Source: Bdellovibrionota bacterium | GTDB lineage: Bacteria > Bdellovibrionota_C > UBA2361 > JAAYZI01 | Length of the DNA stretch: 64,000 bases | Direction: 5' to 3' | NCBI GenBank assembly: GCA_050950765.1 | Contig: JBMNIF010000003.1 | Location: forward strand, 320,001 to 384,000 | Part shown: positions 10,227-20,930 of the stretch, in pieces | Numbering within the stretch: the first letter of the stretch is position 1 | Layout of the letters: every line of letters starts with the position of its first letter | Made by a program: the position numbers and the translations under genes | Notes under the pieces: generated by a model | Database searches by the model: none | The model's input: the letters and a program-made list of their open reading frames with translations, nothing else | What the model was told of the DNA's origin: nothing

Positions 10227-13200
10227 ATGCTTAATGTAGAAAAAGAAATAAATACACAAGAAAAAGTTAAATCTTGGATGATTGATGGTCTTGGGTATAA
10301 TTTTTTAGGAAACTTAGCATATGAAAATAATAAATGCATAAAGCCTGAACTCCTTCAAGAGAATCTTAAAAAAAGAGGATATAAAAAAGAACAAATTGCA
10401 ATAGCAATTTCGGAGCTTGAAAACGTTGCTGGGAATCAAGTAGATGGTTTATATGAAGTTAATAAAAGAGTTTATTCTCTACTTAGGTACGGCAAGCAAG
10501 GTGTAAAAGATAACGATAACAATCGTCAAACTGTTTCACTATATCGATTGGAAAAATATAGAAAAAAATGATTTTTACTTAGCTGAAGAAGTGTCCGTGC
10601 AATGTTACGATAGAAAATCGCACAAAAGACCAGACCTAGTAATTTATGTAAATGGTATAGCGTTAGCCATTATCGAACTAAAAAGGTCTTGTGTAAGTAT
10701 TGGTGAAGGTATCCGTCAAAGTTTAACTAATCAAAAAAAAGAGCATATAAAAGACTTTTTTCACACTATTCAATTAATTTTTTCTGGAAGCATGTCTGAG
10801 GGGTTAAAGTATGGCACTATTGAAACGAAAGAAAAATATTTCTTAGAGTGGCGAGAAGATAAAAATGCTAAAGATAAATTATCAAAGACTATTAAAGAAC
10901 TTCATACGGATAATAAATTACAGAATGCGATAATTTCATTATGCCATAAAGAACGTTTTTTATCATTTATACACGATTTTGTTGTTTTCGATGCTGGAGC
11001 AAAGAAAGTTGCAAGACATAATCAATACTTTGCTAACATTGCGGCTAGAGCAAAAATTAAAGCAAAAGAAGGTGGTATCATATGGAACACTCAAGGTTCC
11101 GGCAAGTCGCTCATTATGGTCTGGCTTGCTAAATGGATTATAGAAAATGTTGAAGATAGTCGTGTAGTAGTTATTACAGATCGTAAAGAATTAGATGAGC
11201 AAATTCAAAACGTTTTCTATGAGACAGGAGAAAACGCAACTCGTGCTAAAAGCGTAGATGATTTACGAGATTTACTAAATAAAAAAGAAGCAAATATCAT
11301 TTGCTCTTTAATTCATAAATACGGGTATAATTCAGATGCTAAAATAAGCGATATCGATGAATATATAAAAGAATTATCAAAAAGCCTTCCTAAAGGATTT
11401 AAGGCAAAGGGTAATATTATAGCTTTTATCGACGAGTGCCATAGAACAAACTCTGGGAAACTACACCAAGCCGTTAAAACCATCATGCCTGATGCAATAT
11501 TAATCGGCTTTACTGGCACGCCTCTCCTTAAAAAAGAGAAAAAAACGAGTCTCGAGATTTTTGGTCCCTATATTCATACTTATAAATTTGATGAAGGTGT
11601 GGCTGATGGAGTTGTGCTTGATCTTCGCTATGAAGCACGAGATATCGATCAAGATTTATCTAGTAAAGAAAAAGTAGACCTGTGGTTTGAAAATAAAACT
11701 AGAGGGCTAACTGAGCAAGCACAGATGAGATTAAAACAAAGCTGGACCTCGATGAATAAGCTTTATAGCGCAAGGCAACGATTAGAAAAGATAGCAAGCG
11801 ATATTATTTTAGATATGACTATAACGCCACGCTTAAAAAATGAACGAGGTACGGCCTTATTAGTTGCAGGCAGTATTTATGAAGCTTGTAAATATTGGGA
11901 AATATTTAATAGTAAAAATTTTTCAAAGTGTGCCGTTGTAACTTCTTATGAGCCGACTGATGAGAGCGTTAGAACTGCTACTAGTGATTTAGATAGAGAA
12001 AGTGAAGAAGAATATAAAAAAGCTATTTATGAACGAATGTTAGGAGGGCAAACGTGTGCGGACTATGAAAGAGAAGCAAGGAGAAAATTTATAAATGAAC
12101 CAGCTTCTATGAAACTTTTAATAGTAGTTGATAAGCTTCTTACAGGGTTTGATGCTCCTTCTGCTACATATATTTATATCGATAAATCGATGCGTGATCA
12201 CGATTTATTTCAAGCAATATGTCGAGTAAATAGACCAGATGGTGAAGATAAAGATTACGGTTATATAGTCGACTATATGGATTTATTTAGAAATCTTCAG
12301 AGTACTTTTAATGATTATACGGGGGAAGCATTCGAGGATTACGATAAGGAAGATGTAGAAGGACTTCTTAAAAATCGCTACGATGAAGCTAAGGCAGAAA
12401 TGGAGAGTGCAAGGGAAGCTATTAAAGACCTTTTAGAAAATGTCGGCGATAAGCCAAAAGATGAAGATCATATAAGATATTTTGTTGGCGATAGTGGCAT
12501 AAGTGAGTCAGAAGAATTCATTAAAAAAAGAGAAACTCTTTATTCTTTAGTTTCTTCCTACACTAGATCTTTTTGTAATTGTTGCGACAAATTAGTTAGT
12601 AATTATGATTATACTGAAAAAGAAATAGATAAGATTAGAAGAGAGATTGGTGTTTATAATAATATCAAAAAAATGGTTCGTATGAGTAGTTGTGATTATA
12701 TTGACTTAAAGTTGTATGAACCCGATATGCGCTATCTTTTAGATACTTATATTAAGGCAGAAGAGGCTAAAATCATTAACAATTTAAATAATATGAGTTT
12801 AGTTGAAATTTTTGCTGATAATAATACGAATGTACCAATAGATGTTTATAATGAACTTCCTGGTGACCATAACGCTAGGTCGGAAATAATAGAGAATAAT
12901 ATTAAATATGAAATAGTTAAAAAAATGCCGCATAACCTAATATATTATCAAAAATTATCAGATATACTAGAAAGCGTCATAGAACAAAGAAAGAAAGGTG
13001 CTTTAGATTACAAAGAATATTTAAACCAAATTGTAGAACTTACAAAAGCTATTCTGCACCCAGAAGAAAGTGGAAGATATCCTGATTCTATAAAAAGCAG
13101 CGGAGCGAAAAGAGCGTTCTATGATTTTTTTGAAGAGGATGAGAAATTAGCACTTTCAATCGATAAAGCAATATACGATTCCTATGAAACTAATTGGAAA

Positions 13201-13341
13201 GGGAACTTGCAAAAGCAGAGAAAAATTCAAGGTGCTATATTTAATAGCTTAGAGCAGTCTGACTACGATGAAACTAAGGCAAAGAAGCTAGTTGAAGAAA
13301 TTTTTGAAATTGCGAAAAGGCAAGAAGAATATGACATTTAA
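10227..13341 (+). pseudogene. hsdR: Type I restriction R subunit split by a +1 frameshift (ORFs 10227-10571 and 10591-13341)
   Basis: Deleting one T at 10534-10536 joins ...NRQTV-HYIDWKNIEKNDFYLAEEVSV...RPDLVIYVNGIALAIIELK (PD-ExK nuclease). Downstream motifs are TQGSGKS, IDECHR, FTGTP, LLTGFDAP and QAICRVNR. Could be a sequencing error. Confidence 0.85.
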
Positions 13342-14065
13342 TAATCACCTTATAGGAGGCATTCCTGTCGAGATTACAAGGAAGAAAAATATAAAAAATT
13401 TGTATATAAGAGTCGCTCCTCCTCAAGGAGAGGTAGTAGTAAGTTCTCCTAATACTTGCACTGATGAAGAAATAAAATTTTATGTCCTTAAAAGGCTTCC
13501 TGATATAATGGCAGCAAGAGAGCGTATGAAATCGCAAATTAGGCAAAGTCCTAGGGAGTACGTCTCTGGCGAGTCCCATTATTTATGGGGCAAATCTTAT
13601 ATGCTTCAAGTTATCAAAGAAGGTAAGAAATATATAATTAAACAAGTTCCTAATAAGATTATTTTTACAGTCCCTGAGGATGCTACGAGAGAATCAAAAG
13701 AACGGGCGTTTAACGAATGGTATAGAAGAGATTTAAAAAGAGTTCTTTCTAATATAGTAAAACCTATTGAGCAAAAAATAGGAGTTTCTGCTAATGAATA
13801 TTGTATAAAAAATATGAAAACAAAATGGGGAACTTGTAATATAGAAAAGCGTAGAATTTGGATAAATCTTCAACTTGCAAAGAAACCTATTGAATGTCTT
13901 GAGTATATAATCACTCATGAATTATTGCATCTTATAGAAAAGAATCATACGCATAAATTTTATGCTTTAGTAGAAAAATATTATCCTACGTGGAAGGAAG
14001 CTCAAAAGAAACTGGAGCAGATGCCTCTGGATTACTTAGAAAGCGAGACACCCACTTTGAGCTAA
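13331..14065 (+). CDS. M48/SprT-like (YgjP/DUF45) metallopeptidase-family protein associated with type I R-M
   Basis: SGESHYLWG, MKTKWGTC and EYIITHELLHL (HExxH). ATG at 13331 overlaps the hsdR end. Confidence 0.88.
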   Translation: MTFNNHLIGGIPVEITRKKNIKNLYIRVAPPQGEVVVSSPNTCTDEEIKFYVLKRLPDIMAARERMKSQIRQSPREYVSGESHYLWGKSYMLQVIKEGKKYIIKQVPNKIIFTVPEDATRESKERAFNEWYRRDLKRVLSNIVKPIEQKIGVSANEYCIKNMKTKWGTCNIEKRRIWINLQLAKKPIECLEYIITHELLHLIEKNHTHKFYALVEKYYPTWKEAQKKLEQMPLDYLESETPTLS

Positions 14066-14079
14066 AATCCAAGCCTTTA

Positions 14080-14098
14080 CTAATATATTGATATTATT
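14080..14098. repeat. 19-bp inverted repeat, right copy
   Basis: Exact reverse complement of 4812-4830, located just after the end of the R-M operon. Confidence 0.7.
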
Positions 14099-14367
14099 AA
14101 ACTATTACAACCTTAGCCTTTGCGTATCTGAATTGCAAAGCTCTCGGCAAGAAAGGTACCAGCAACTCTTCCCAACCGACGCATAATGAACAGTTTTTTG
14201 CTTCGCTAGATAAAGCCATACCAAGAGGAACTTCCAAAATTGACTAACAACACTGACACATTCAGTTAATTGGTGTAATGTCACTAGGTAATGGTAGATT
14301 TGTGCCTAACACTAGAGAAATTCTCTTTAGATGGTAGTATCGAATAATCCATTTATAGGAGGAATTT

Positions 14368-17300
14368 TTGAGCGAAGCCTGCATCTGCACAAGTTATACG
14401 GATAAACTTTTCACCTTTGTTACGGCGGTTCCTACGCATATTCTTCTTTTTTCACTTGCCGCACTAGTTATATTTATACTGGTCTACTACACTAACAATA
14501 AAGGATTTAATCCTTTACACCGAGCAGCAAGCAAAACTTCACTTCGCAGTTCGGTTATTAAAGAGAAGAAGAAATACTACAATCGAAACCTATCAGCTCG
14601 ATACGAAGATTTTCTTATTCTAATAAGCACACCTTCTAGGAAGTTGTTTTATCTATATTTAGCTGTTTTTATACTTTTATTCTTTATAAGCCATTCATGT
14701 ATATATATGCCATCTTGGTTAATTTGGTGTGCAGATGAGAATGCTCTTCAGAATTTTTTTGCAGCTTTGACTGGAATTGGTGCTCTGATTTTTGCGCTTA
14801 TTATCTTTATCTCAGAACTTGACCGAAAAAATATAGGCAAACTTCTCACTCGAGTTTTTCTCATCAGAACCAAACTTCTTTTTTTGCTCTCATTATGTCT
14901 TTTCTCCTTCCTCATATTTCTAGGACCAACAATTAACATAGTGGCAATTATTCTGCTGCTTCCATTGTGTATACTGACTGTTCTTGCCGTATTCCGAGTA
15001 ATTCAACTTACTCTTAGTCAGACTCAAACGCAAAGTTTGATTGACAAATTACTCCGAAGAGACTTGGTTATTCATGTTGAGAATTCGATCTCCCGCAGAA
15101 TTTCAAAAAACATTATTCGAGATTTTCTAACAGAAGAAACGGATAATATTGAATTTTGTCCATGGATATTTCGTCGGGAAGAATATGATCATGTTATTCA
15201 TCCAAACTCTGGAACGGTAATAGATATCGATCTTAAACAGCTAAGAAAAGTGTTAAACAAAATTGCTTCAAAAACAATCACACCTGCTTCAATTAAACCA
15301 GAAGGGGAAGATCTACCTCCCGACCGATATGAAAGAAAGGAAAAAGAAGTTCTAGCTTACTTGCGGAAGTGCCTCGATGATAAAATAGAGGATTCCGACA
15401 AGACTATTCTCTCGATTAAAAAAGGACACCTCACTTTGCATGAGCTGCAAGAAGTTCAACAGTTGATTAAAACTGCGTATAAGATTAAAAGAAAAACAAC
15501 AAACGAAATTGAAGAGCTTAGAAATGTCCTTAAAGAGATAAAAGATAACTTCATATTTGCATTAGCTAATAATTATGGTGGACAAGTTGATAGACTTGTT
15601 GAGACCTACACAAACCTTGCCGAGGAGTTCCTAAAAGTCCTTTCAAGATACCCAGCGCAATACGATCTCAAGGCTGCAAGAAATGAAATATCAAATAAGT
15701 TCTGGGGCGAGTCATGGGAAGAAATTAATTGGCTCGTTGATGATATTAGGGATATCACTGAATATTGTTTGAGGAACGCCGAGTCAATCTTGACAAATGA
15801 TCTTCATTCTTCACTGCATTTGCCAATTTCTATTTGCTCTCGAGCGATCAAATATTCTGATAACTTTCTGTTTCAAAGTTTTTTGCCATCTTTAACTTCC
15901 CAATTTAACTATGGTCATCGAATTACTAACAACGAGATTAGAAACCTAGTGCTCGATAACTGCGTCCGATACCCTAAAGAACTAGGCAGCTACTACATTA
16001 CGCCCCAATTAACGAAGAAACACCTGTCACAACAAGAACGAGAAAGAATAGGCGATATGATCTTATATTTATCTTCCTTTTATGCTGAATTGATCAGAGA
16101 AGCCTATTTAAATGAAGATACGATCCTCGTGAACAAATTTATTGATGGATTAAATAGTTGTGCTGATGATTTTAGACCATCTTCCGATCGTTGGAACATG
16201 AAATATCTTAAAGAACGTTTAAAGGTAGCTGCTACCGAAGATGAAAGAAAAATGCTTTCTGAACAAATTAAAGAACAGAAATTTCTGGAAGAACTTGAAT
16301 CTAAAATCTGCAGTAGAAAAAGAGAAGTATCATTTTACGTTGCAACAAAGTTGCTTGATGGAGTTTATTCTAATAATGGTGTCGATTGGAGCAAAAGTTT
16401 TAAAAAGGCTTTAGATCTCCTCCCCTCGGACTTTTTCCAACTATTTGTCATTTTTTCTGATAAAGCTAATGGGCTTGATCCTGAAAGTATAAATTCCATT
16501 GGTCCATGGCAAAGATCAATATCTGAAAAAGAAATATCTCGGACTGGGATAGATAAAAATCTTTCTGAAGTTTTTTGTATCAAACTATTGTCGAGCCCCT
16601 CCATGATCAATGATTCGATCGATCCAACCACTATTAATGCAGAGATGAGTCTACTATGCGAGCCAAATGGCGAACTTCGCAAAACACTAATTTCTATTAA
16701 ATCTAAAAAAACGCAATTAAAAAATATTTTAAGCGATGAACAGTGGTCTAGCATAAACAAAGTACAACAATTTTTCGATAAAATCGTCGAAATTAATAAG
16801 AAAAATGAGGAATTAAAAAAGCAAATATCCTCCCTTTCTGATAAGAAACTAAATAATTTTAAGGAAAATACGATAAAATTTTTTAAGCAACATTTACTGC
16901 TAAGACCAATATTGGACTCAGTTTTTAATTGTTACGTTGATAGAACAACTGAATATGAAACTAAAGATGTCGTTACCATAGGGTTAAATCAGATTAGCGA
17001 TAAAGCAATTTTCATTGAACCATGGGATGTCTCTTATCGTAGATTGGAACAGGGCTATGGACAGGCTTATGGCGAAAGTATAGCGCTTGGCGAGAATCTC
17101 TACCTCTTCCGCAAATTGAAGGAGTTTGTCGTCGCTGATCAACGAAGTAACCTGCTCAATCACATTAAAAATAATAAGAATTCGATACTGATTCTGATCA
17201 ACGTTAGTGAATATATATTATTTGAGGAGTTGGGCTTGAATTTCACGTCTAATTATAAGCTTCCTACTAGAAGAACGGAACATCGCTTTGCTGGCATACT

Positions 17301-17682
17301 TGACATTAATGGATCAGGCATTGATGTATTTTCATTGTATATGCGTAGTAAAGAATCAGGGGTTTTTATTATAAATAAGGCATTAAAAATTAAAATTGAA
17401 CAATTTGCACCTTTTGCCCCTCTTAGCCCTTCTTTTGAACAGCGCAATGAGATCGGATTTGAAATATTAGATCTTAATATTAATGATGATCGAAGAAATG
17501 AACTTATTCAAATAGCACCAGATTGGTTAATAAAAGTATCCAATGATGAAAAAGAGCAAGAAAATTACCTGCGCAGGCGTGCTCAAGTCACAGTTATTGA
17601 ACGAATGAGAATTACAAAAGCGGAGCCAGATGAAAAAGACTTCACCCCTGGATTTTGGATTCCTCTTGAAGATCTGGAGTAA
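14368..17682 (+). CDS. Hypothetical large protein with N-terminal multi-pass membrane region
   Basis: 1104-aa ORF with an AGGAGG RBS upstream of the TTG. About 5-6 hydrophobic segments in the first ~215 aa, then a long soluble helical region with no motif I recognise. Confidence 0.75.
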   Translation: MSEACICTSYTDKLFTFVTAVPTHILLFSLAALVIFILVYYTNNKGFNPLHRAASKTSLRSSVIKEKKKYYNRNLSARYEDFLILISTPSRKLFYLYLAVFILLFFISHSCIYMPSWLIWCADENALQNFFAALTGIGALIFALIIFISELDRKNIGKLLTRVFLIRTKLLFLLSLCLFSFLIFLGPTINIVAIILLLPLCILTVLAVFRVIQLTLSQTQTQSLIDKLLRRDLVIHVENSISRRISKNIIRDFLTEETDNIEFCPWIFRREEYDHVIHPNSGTVIDIDLKQLRKVLNKIASKTITPASIKPEGEDLPPDRYERKEKEVLAYLRKCLDDKIEDSDKTILSIKKGHLTLHELQEVQQLIKTAYKIKRKTTNEIEELRNVLKEIKDNFIFALANNYGGQVDRLVETYTNLAEEFLKVLSRYPAQYDLKAARNEISNKFWGESWEEINWLVDDIRDITEYCLRNAESILTNDLHSSLHLPISICSRAIKYSDNFLFQSFLPSLTSQFNYGHRITNNEIRNLVLDNCVRYPKELGSYYITPQLTKKHLSQQERERIGDMILYLSSFYAELIREAYLNEDTILVNKFIDGLNSCADDFRPSSDRWNMKYLKERLKVAATEDERKMLSEQIKEQKFLEELESKICSRKREVSFYVATKLLDGVYSNNGVDWSKSFKKALDLLPSDFFQLFVIFSDKANGLDPESINSIGPWQRSISEKEISRTGIDKNLSEVFCIKLLSSPSMINDSIDPTTINAEMSLLCEPNGELRKTLISIKSKKTQLKNILSDEQWSSINKVQQFFDKIVEINKKNEELKKQISSLSDKKLNNFKENTIKFFKQHLLLRPILDSVFNCYVDRTTEYETKDVVTIGLNQISDKAIFIEPWDVSYRRLEQGYGQAYGESIALGENLYLFRKLKEFVVADQRSNLLNHIKNNKNSILILINVSEYILFEELGLNFTSNYKLPTRRTEHRFAGILDINGSGIDVFSLYMRSKESGVFIINKALKIKIEQFAPFAPLSPSFEQRNEIGFEILDLNINDDRRNELIQIAPDWLIKVSNDEKEQENYLRRRAQVTVIERMRITKAEPDEKDFTPGFWIPLEDLE

Positions 17683-18040
17683 CGTTGCCGGTGTTTTTAT
17701 TTAAAGTCCCCCATCCTTACCGAACGCTTTGCAACTGGGGTAGTTAAACTTTAAAAATTATAATAATTAAATAATATAAAAGCGTTGGTGAAAATTTTGA
17801 GTTTAGCTAAGTGAGTATCCTAAATTACTTTATCTCGCTTGGTACCTTTTATGGCGCTATGAGACTATTTCTTAAAATTACGATTGGTGGTTTTTTGGAG
17901 GTAAGGCCCCTTTATCGCCACCCCTTACCTCTGCCGACTTAAAGCTTTTGTTACTACCTTTAGCCATACTTTGCAGCTCTTTCTTAGTTGTTGAAGAAAA
18001 AGTTAATATTGTAACAGAATAGATTAGAACTCTACGGGCA

Positions 18041-18637
18041 GTGATTATGAATGAACTTAATCAGATCAATTCTCTTTTAAAGCGCGTTCCAAATGAAGGG
18101 GCACCAGTAGTGTGCTTAATTACCGGCTCCAGTGGTTGCGGAAAGACACACTTGGCGAAAGCTCTTGCCGCTGCTTTAGATCAAACTCGTTCCGAAGTCT
18201 GTTACTTTGATAGTAATGGAGTGCCCTCACTCAATGAAATGGTGAAAGAGTTTGGCTCACCACAAAAGTGGCAGGAGATAACCACACACCGTTGGCTCGC
18301 TCATATTGCTCAAGTGAAAAAGCCACTTGCTATCCTCGAGGGTAGCTTTAACCCTCACTTTGCCGTAGAAGGGTGCCATTTTTCCGGACTCACAACTTAC
18401 TGTATAGTTGTTCTTACCTGCGCGGAAAAAATTTGGGAAGAGCGTCTCCGTGGTCCACGCGCTCAGGAAGATCTAATCACAACAGACATGCGTAATTGGA
18501 ACCGATTTCTTGTTGAGGAAACAGTCAAACTCGGCGGAGTAGTCGTAGACACGAGCGCATCCAATGTTACTGAAAACATAATTCAGATCACACAATTGCT
18601 TATGCCCTTACTTGAAAGTAAAATCAGAAACACATGA
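18041..18637 (+). CDS. P-loop nucleoside/nucleotide kinase-like protein (AAA_33-like)
   Basis: ITGSSGCGKT Walker A, ILEG Walker B-like segment, lid ERLRGPR. Overlaps the next gene (ATGA). Confidence 0.75.
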   Translation: MIMNELNQINSLLKRVPNEGAPVVCLITGSSGCGKTHLAKALAAALDQTRSEVCYFDSNGVPSLNEMVKEFGSPQKWQEITTHRWLAHIAQVKKPLAILEGSFNPHFAVEGCHFSGLTTYCIVVLTCAEKIWEERLRGPRAQEDLITTDMRNWNRFLVEETVKLGGVVVDTSASNVTENIIQITQLLMPLLESKIRNT

Positions 18638-19107
18638 TACTATCACTGCACAAAAAACCGATAACTGATTTTTCTATTGAGAACACGCTACATCATCGCG
18701 ATCGCGGCTCCTTTCCCACTTGGCTTGATGCTTTTTTACGAGGTCCTGGAAACAACATCCCCTTAGCAGATGGTCTCCTTCAAGAACAGCGCTGGTGGTT
18801 AGGTCCTGAATTGTTGCCATTAAAGCAACTTATACCTAAATGCGGACCAAATTGTGAATATCACGAAGATGACGCTAGCTGGAAGAGACGCACCACCGAA
18901 ATCGCACAAGCTATTAACAACGGGACTAAACTACCTCCACTAATCGCTGAGTATCGCGATGGCAAACTCTTCCTTGCTGATGGCAATCACCGACACGGCG
19001 CTCTAGCCCTCATCGGCGAAACTCAATACTGGACAGCGATTTGGTTTAACTCAAAAGAAGATTTAGATCGTTATCGTAAAGATTTGTCTGACTTCCAAGT
19101 TTTTTAG
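18634..19107 (+). CDS. ParB/sulfiredoxin N-terminal-domain protein
   Basis: PPLIAEY...LADGNHRHGAL is a ParB-N/Srx motif. No HTH present. Confidence 0.78.
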   Translation: MILSLHKKPITDFSIENTLHHRDRGSFPTWLDAFLRGPGNNIPLADGLLQEQRWWLGPELLPLKQLIPKCGPNCEYHEDDASWKRRTTEIAQAINNGTKLPPLIAEYRDGKLFLADGNHRHGALALIGETQYWTAIWFNSKEDLDRYRKDLSDFQVF

Positions 19108-19201
19108 CTAAATTTGTCCATTATAAAAAATCCGACTTGTTGAAATATAAGAAGAAGTTTTTTAAAGCGAAGCTTAAAAAAACTGTCTCTCAGGAAGTCA
19201 G

Positions 19202-19477
19202 ATGAAAGCATTCATCCTGCCTTGTGAATATCACGAAGATGACGCTAGCTGGAAGAGACGCACCACCGAAATCGCACAAGCTATTAACAACGGGACTAAA
19301 CTACCTCCACTAATCGCTGAGTATCGCGATGGCAAACTCTTCCTTGCTGATGGCAATCACCGACACGGCGCTCTAGCCCTCATCGGCGAAACTCAATACT
19401 GGACAGCGATTTGGTTTAACTCAAAAGAAGATTTAGATCGTTATCGTAAAGATTTGTCTGACTTCCAAGTTTTTTAG
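19202..19477 (+). pseudogene. Duplicated C-terminal half of the ParB-like gene (91 aa, new start from the linker)
   Basis: MKAFILP from the linker is fused to a sequence identical to residues CEYHED...FQVF of 18634-19107. Confidence 0.6.
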
Positions 19478-19570
19478 CTAAATTTGTCCATTATAAAAAA
19501 TCCGACTTGTTGAAATATAAGAAGAAGTTTTTTAAAGCGAAGCTTAAAAAACTGTCTCTCAGGAAGTCAG

Positions 19571-19846
19571 ATGAAAGCATTCATCCTGCCTTGTGAATAT
19601 CACGAAGATGACGCTAGCTGGAAGAGACGCACCACCGAAATCGCACAAGCTATTAACAACGGGACTAAACTACCTCCACTAATCGCTGAGTATCGCGATG
19701 GCAAACTCTTCCTTGCTGATAGCAATCACCGACACGGCGCTCTAGCCCTCATCGGCGAAACTCAATACTGGACAGCGATTTGGTTTAACTCAAAAGAAGA
19801 TTTTGATCGTTATCGTAAAGATTTGTCTGACTTCCAAGTTTTTTAG
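19571..19846 (+). pseudogene. Second duplicated C-terminal half of the ParB-like gene (DGNHR changed to DSNHR)
   Basis: Same as the previous copy, with G>S in the catalytic motif and L>F near the end. Confidence 0.6.
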
Positions 19847-19929
19847 CTAAATTTGTCCACTACAAAAAATCCGACTTGTTGAAATATAACCTAACCACTT
19901 CAAAAGAATTTTAACTCGCTCTTGGGACA

Positions 19930-20919
19930 CTATAAAGAAAGCTCCTTAGAGTGAATGTAGGAAATAAATTTTTTCTCATCAGTTTTTTTATAAGCCACCT
20001 CTTGATGCGATCTATCCGCAATTTCTTTAGCAGTTAACCCTCCGAGATCTCGTCTCACCAATAACAACACCTCACGTTCAGAAGTATTAAAGTTAGATAG
20101 GTCTAGCTCGCTCTTAGCAATATACCTCTCTCCTACATAACCGTTTGGATAAAAGACTTCATCCACTTCAAGCAACCCTTCTTCAACCATTGAGGCAAAG
20201 TAAAGGTTGAAATCATCAATCACAGGACCGTAATCAATTTTAACATAGCGCGTGCCAGTAATTGACAATCCGAACTCTTTGCACGCTTTAAAATCCGCAT
20301 AAAATAGAAGCTTATTTAAGTTCGTCTTTTGACAGCCGCCTTTGCAAAAAAATTGAATAACACTTTTAAGTCTATTTAAATCAAACTTTCGATAACCTGA
20401 GTACTCATCAACATCATTCTTAGTAAAAACAACTTCAAATAACTTCGATATAACTTCACTCCTACGAGGAGTCAGTGCAGATATTAAATCGCGTCTTCTT
20501 TCTGGTGAAAAACTGCCTCTGTTTTCTTTTAATAAACGCAATATATTTAATGGCTCTCTAAGTAACCCTAAAACTCTTTCGTGCGATTCACTTTGAAGTG
20601 CCCCATTTTCATATCGACTAAGTGTAGCAACGCCCCATCCAAGAAGATCAGCTAACTCAACTTGTAAAAACCCATATTGCTTTCGAAACGCTACTATCTC
20701 TTCAGGTTGAGTCCATCGATGTCTCTTCCTATATTCACGAAATGCAGAATCATTCGGATCGCTATCTGGATCATAAAAATCGGTGCCACATTTTTTACAA
20801 ACAAAAATAGTAACAGGCACATCAATTGTGTCACCTCTTACTTGAAAAGATTCTAAACACTCTTTCCGTTTGAGTTGAGTTTCTTTTTCACAGTTTGGAC
20901 AAAATCCTTTGGTTATCAT
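19930..20919 (-). CDS. MqsA-like antitoxin: zinc finger + XRE HTH + DUF4065/Panacea domain
   Basis: CPNC...CKKC, QVELADLLGWGVATLSRYENG HTH, KTNLNKLLFYADF...ITGTRYVKIDYGPV, SHQEVAY. Confidence 0.88.
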   Translation of the reverse strand: MITKGFCPNCEKETQLKRKECLESFQVRGDTIDVPVTIFVCKKCGTDFYDPDSDPNDSAFREYRKRHRWTQPEEIVAFRKQYGFLQVELADLLGWGVATLSRYENGALQSESHERVLGLLREPLNILRLLKENRGSFSPERRRDLISALTPRRSEVISKLFEVVFTKNDVDEYSGYRKFDLNRLKSVIQFFCKGGCQKTNLNKLLFYADFKACKEFGLSITGTRYVKIDYGPVIDDFNLYFASMVEEGLLEVDEVFYPNGYVGERYIAKSELDLSNFNTSEREVLLLVRRDLGGLTAKEIADRSHQEVAYKKTDEKKFISYIHSKELSL

Positions 20920-20930
20920 ACTAACCTCCT

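Larger units (their letters stand above)
18852..19889 (+). repeat. Triple tandem repeat (periods 370 and 369 bp) of the ParB-like gene 3' half plus downstream sequence
   Basis: Units start at 18852, 19222 and 19591. The third unit ends at 19889, lacks the ~71-bp linker and has a few substitutions. Confidence 0.95.

Noticed and set aside
17898..17931. 9-bp inverted repeat GAGGTAAGG/CCTTACCTC upstream of the kinase gene
   Set aside because: It has a 16-nt loop and no adjacent U-tract, so a terminator or operator function cannot be assigned.
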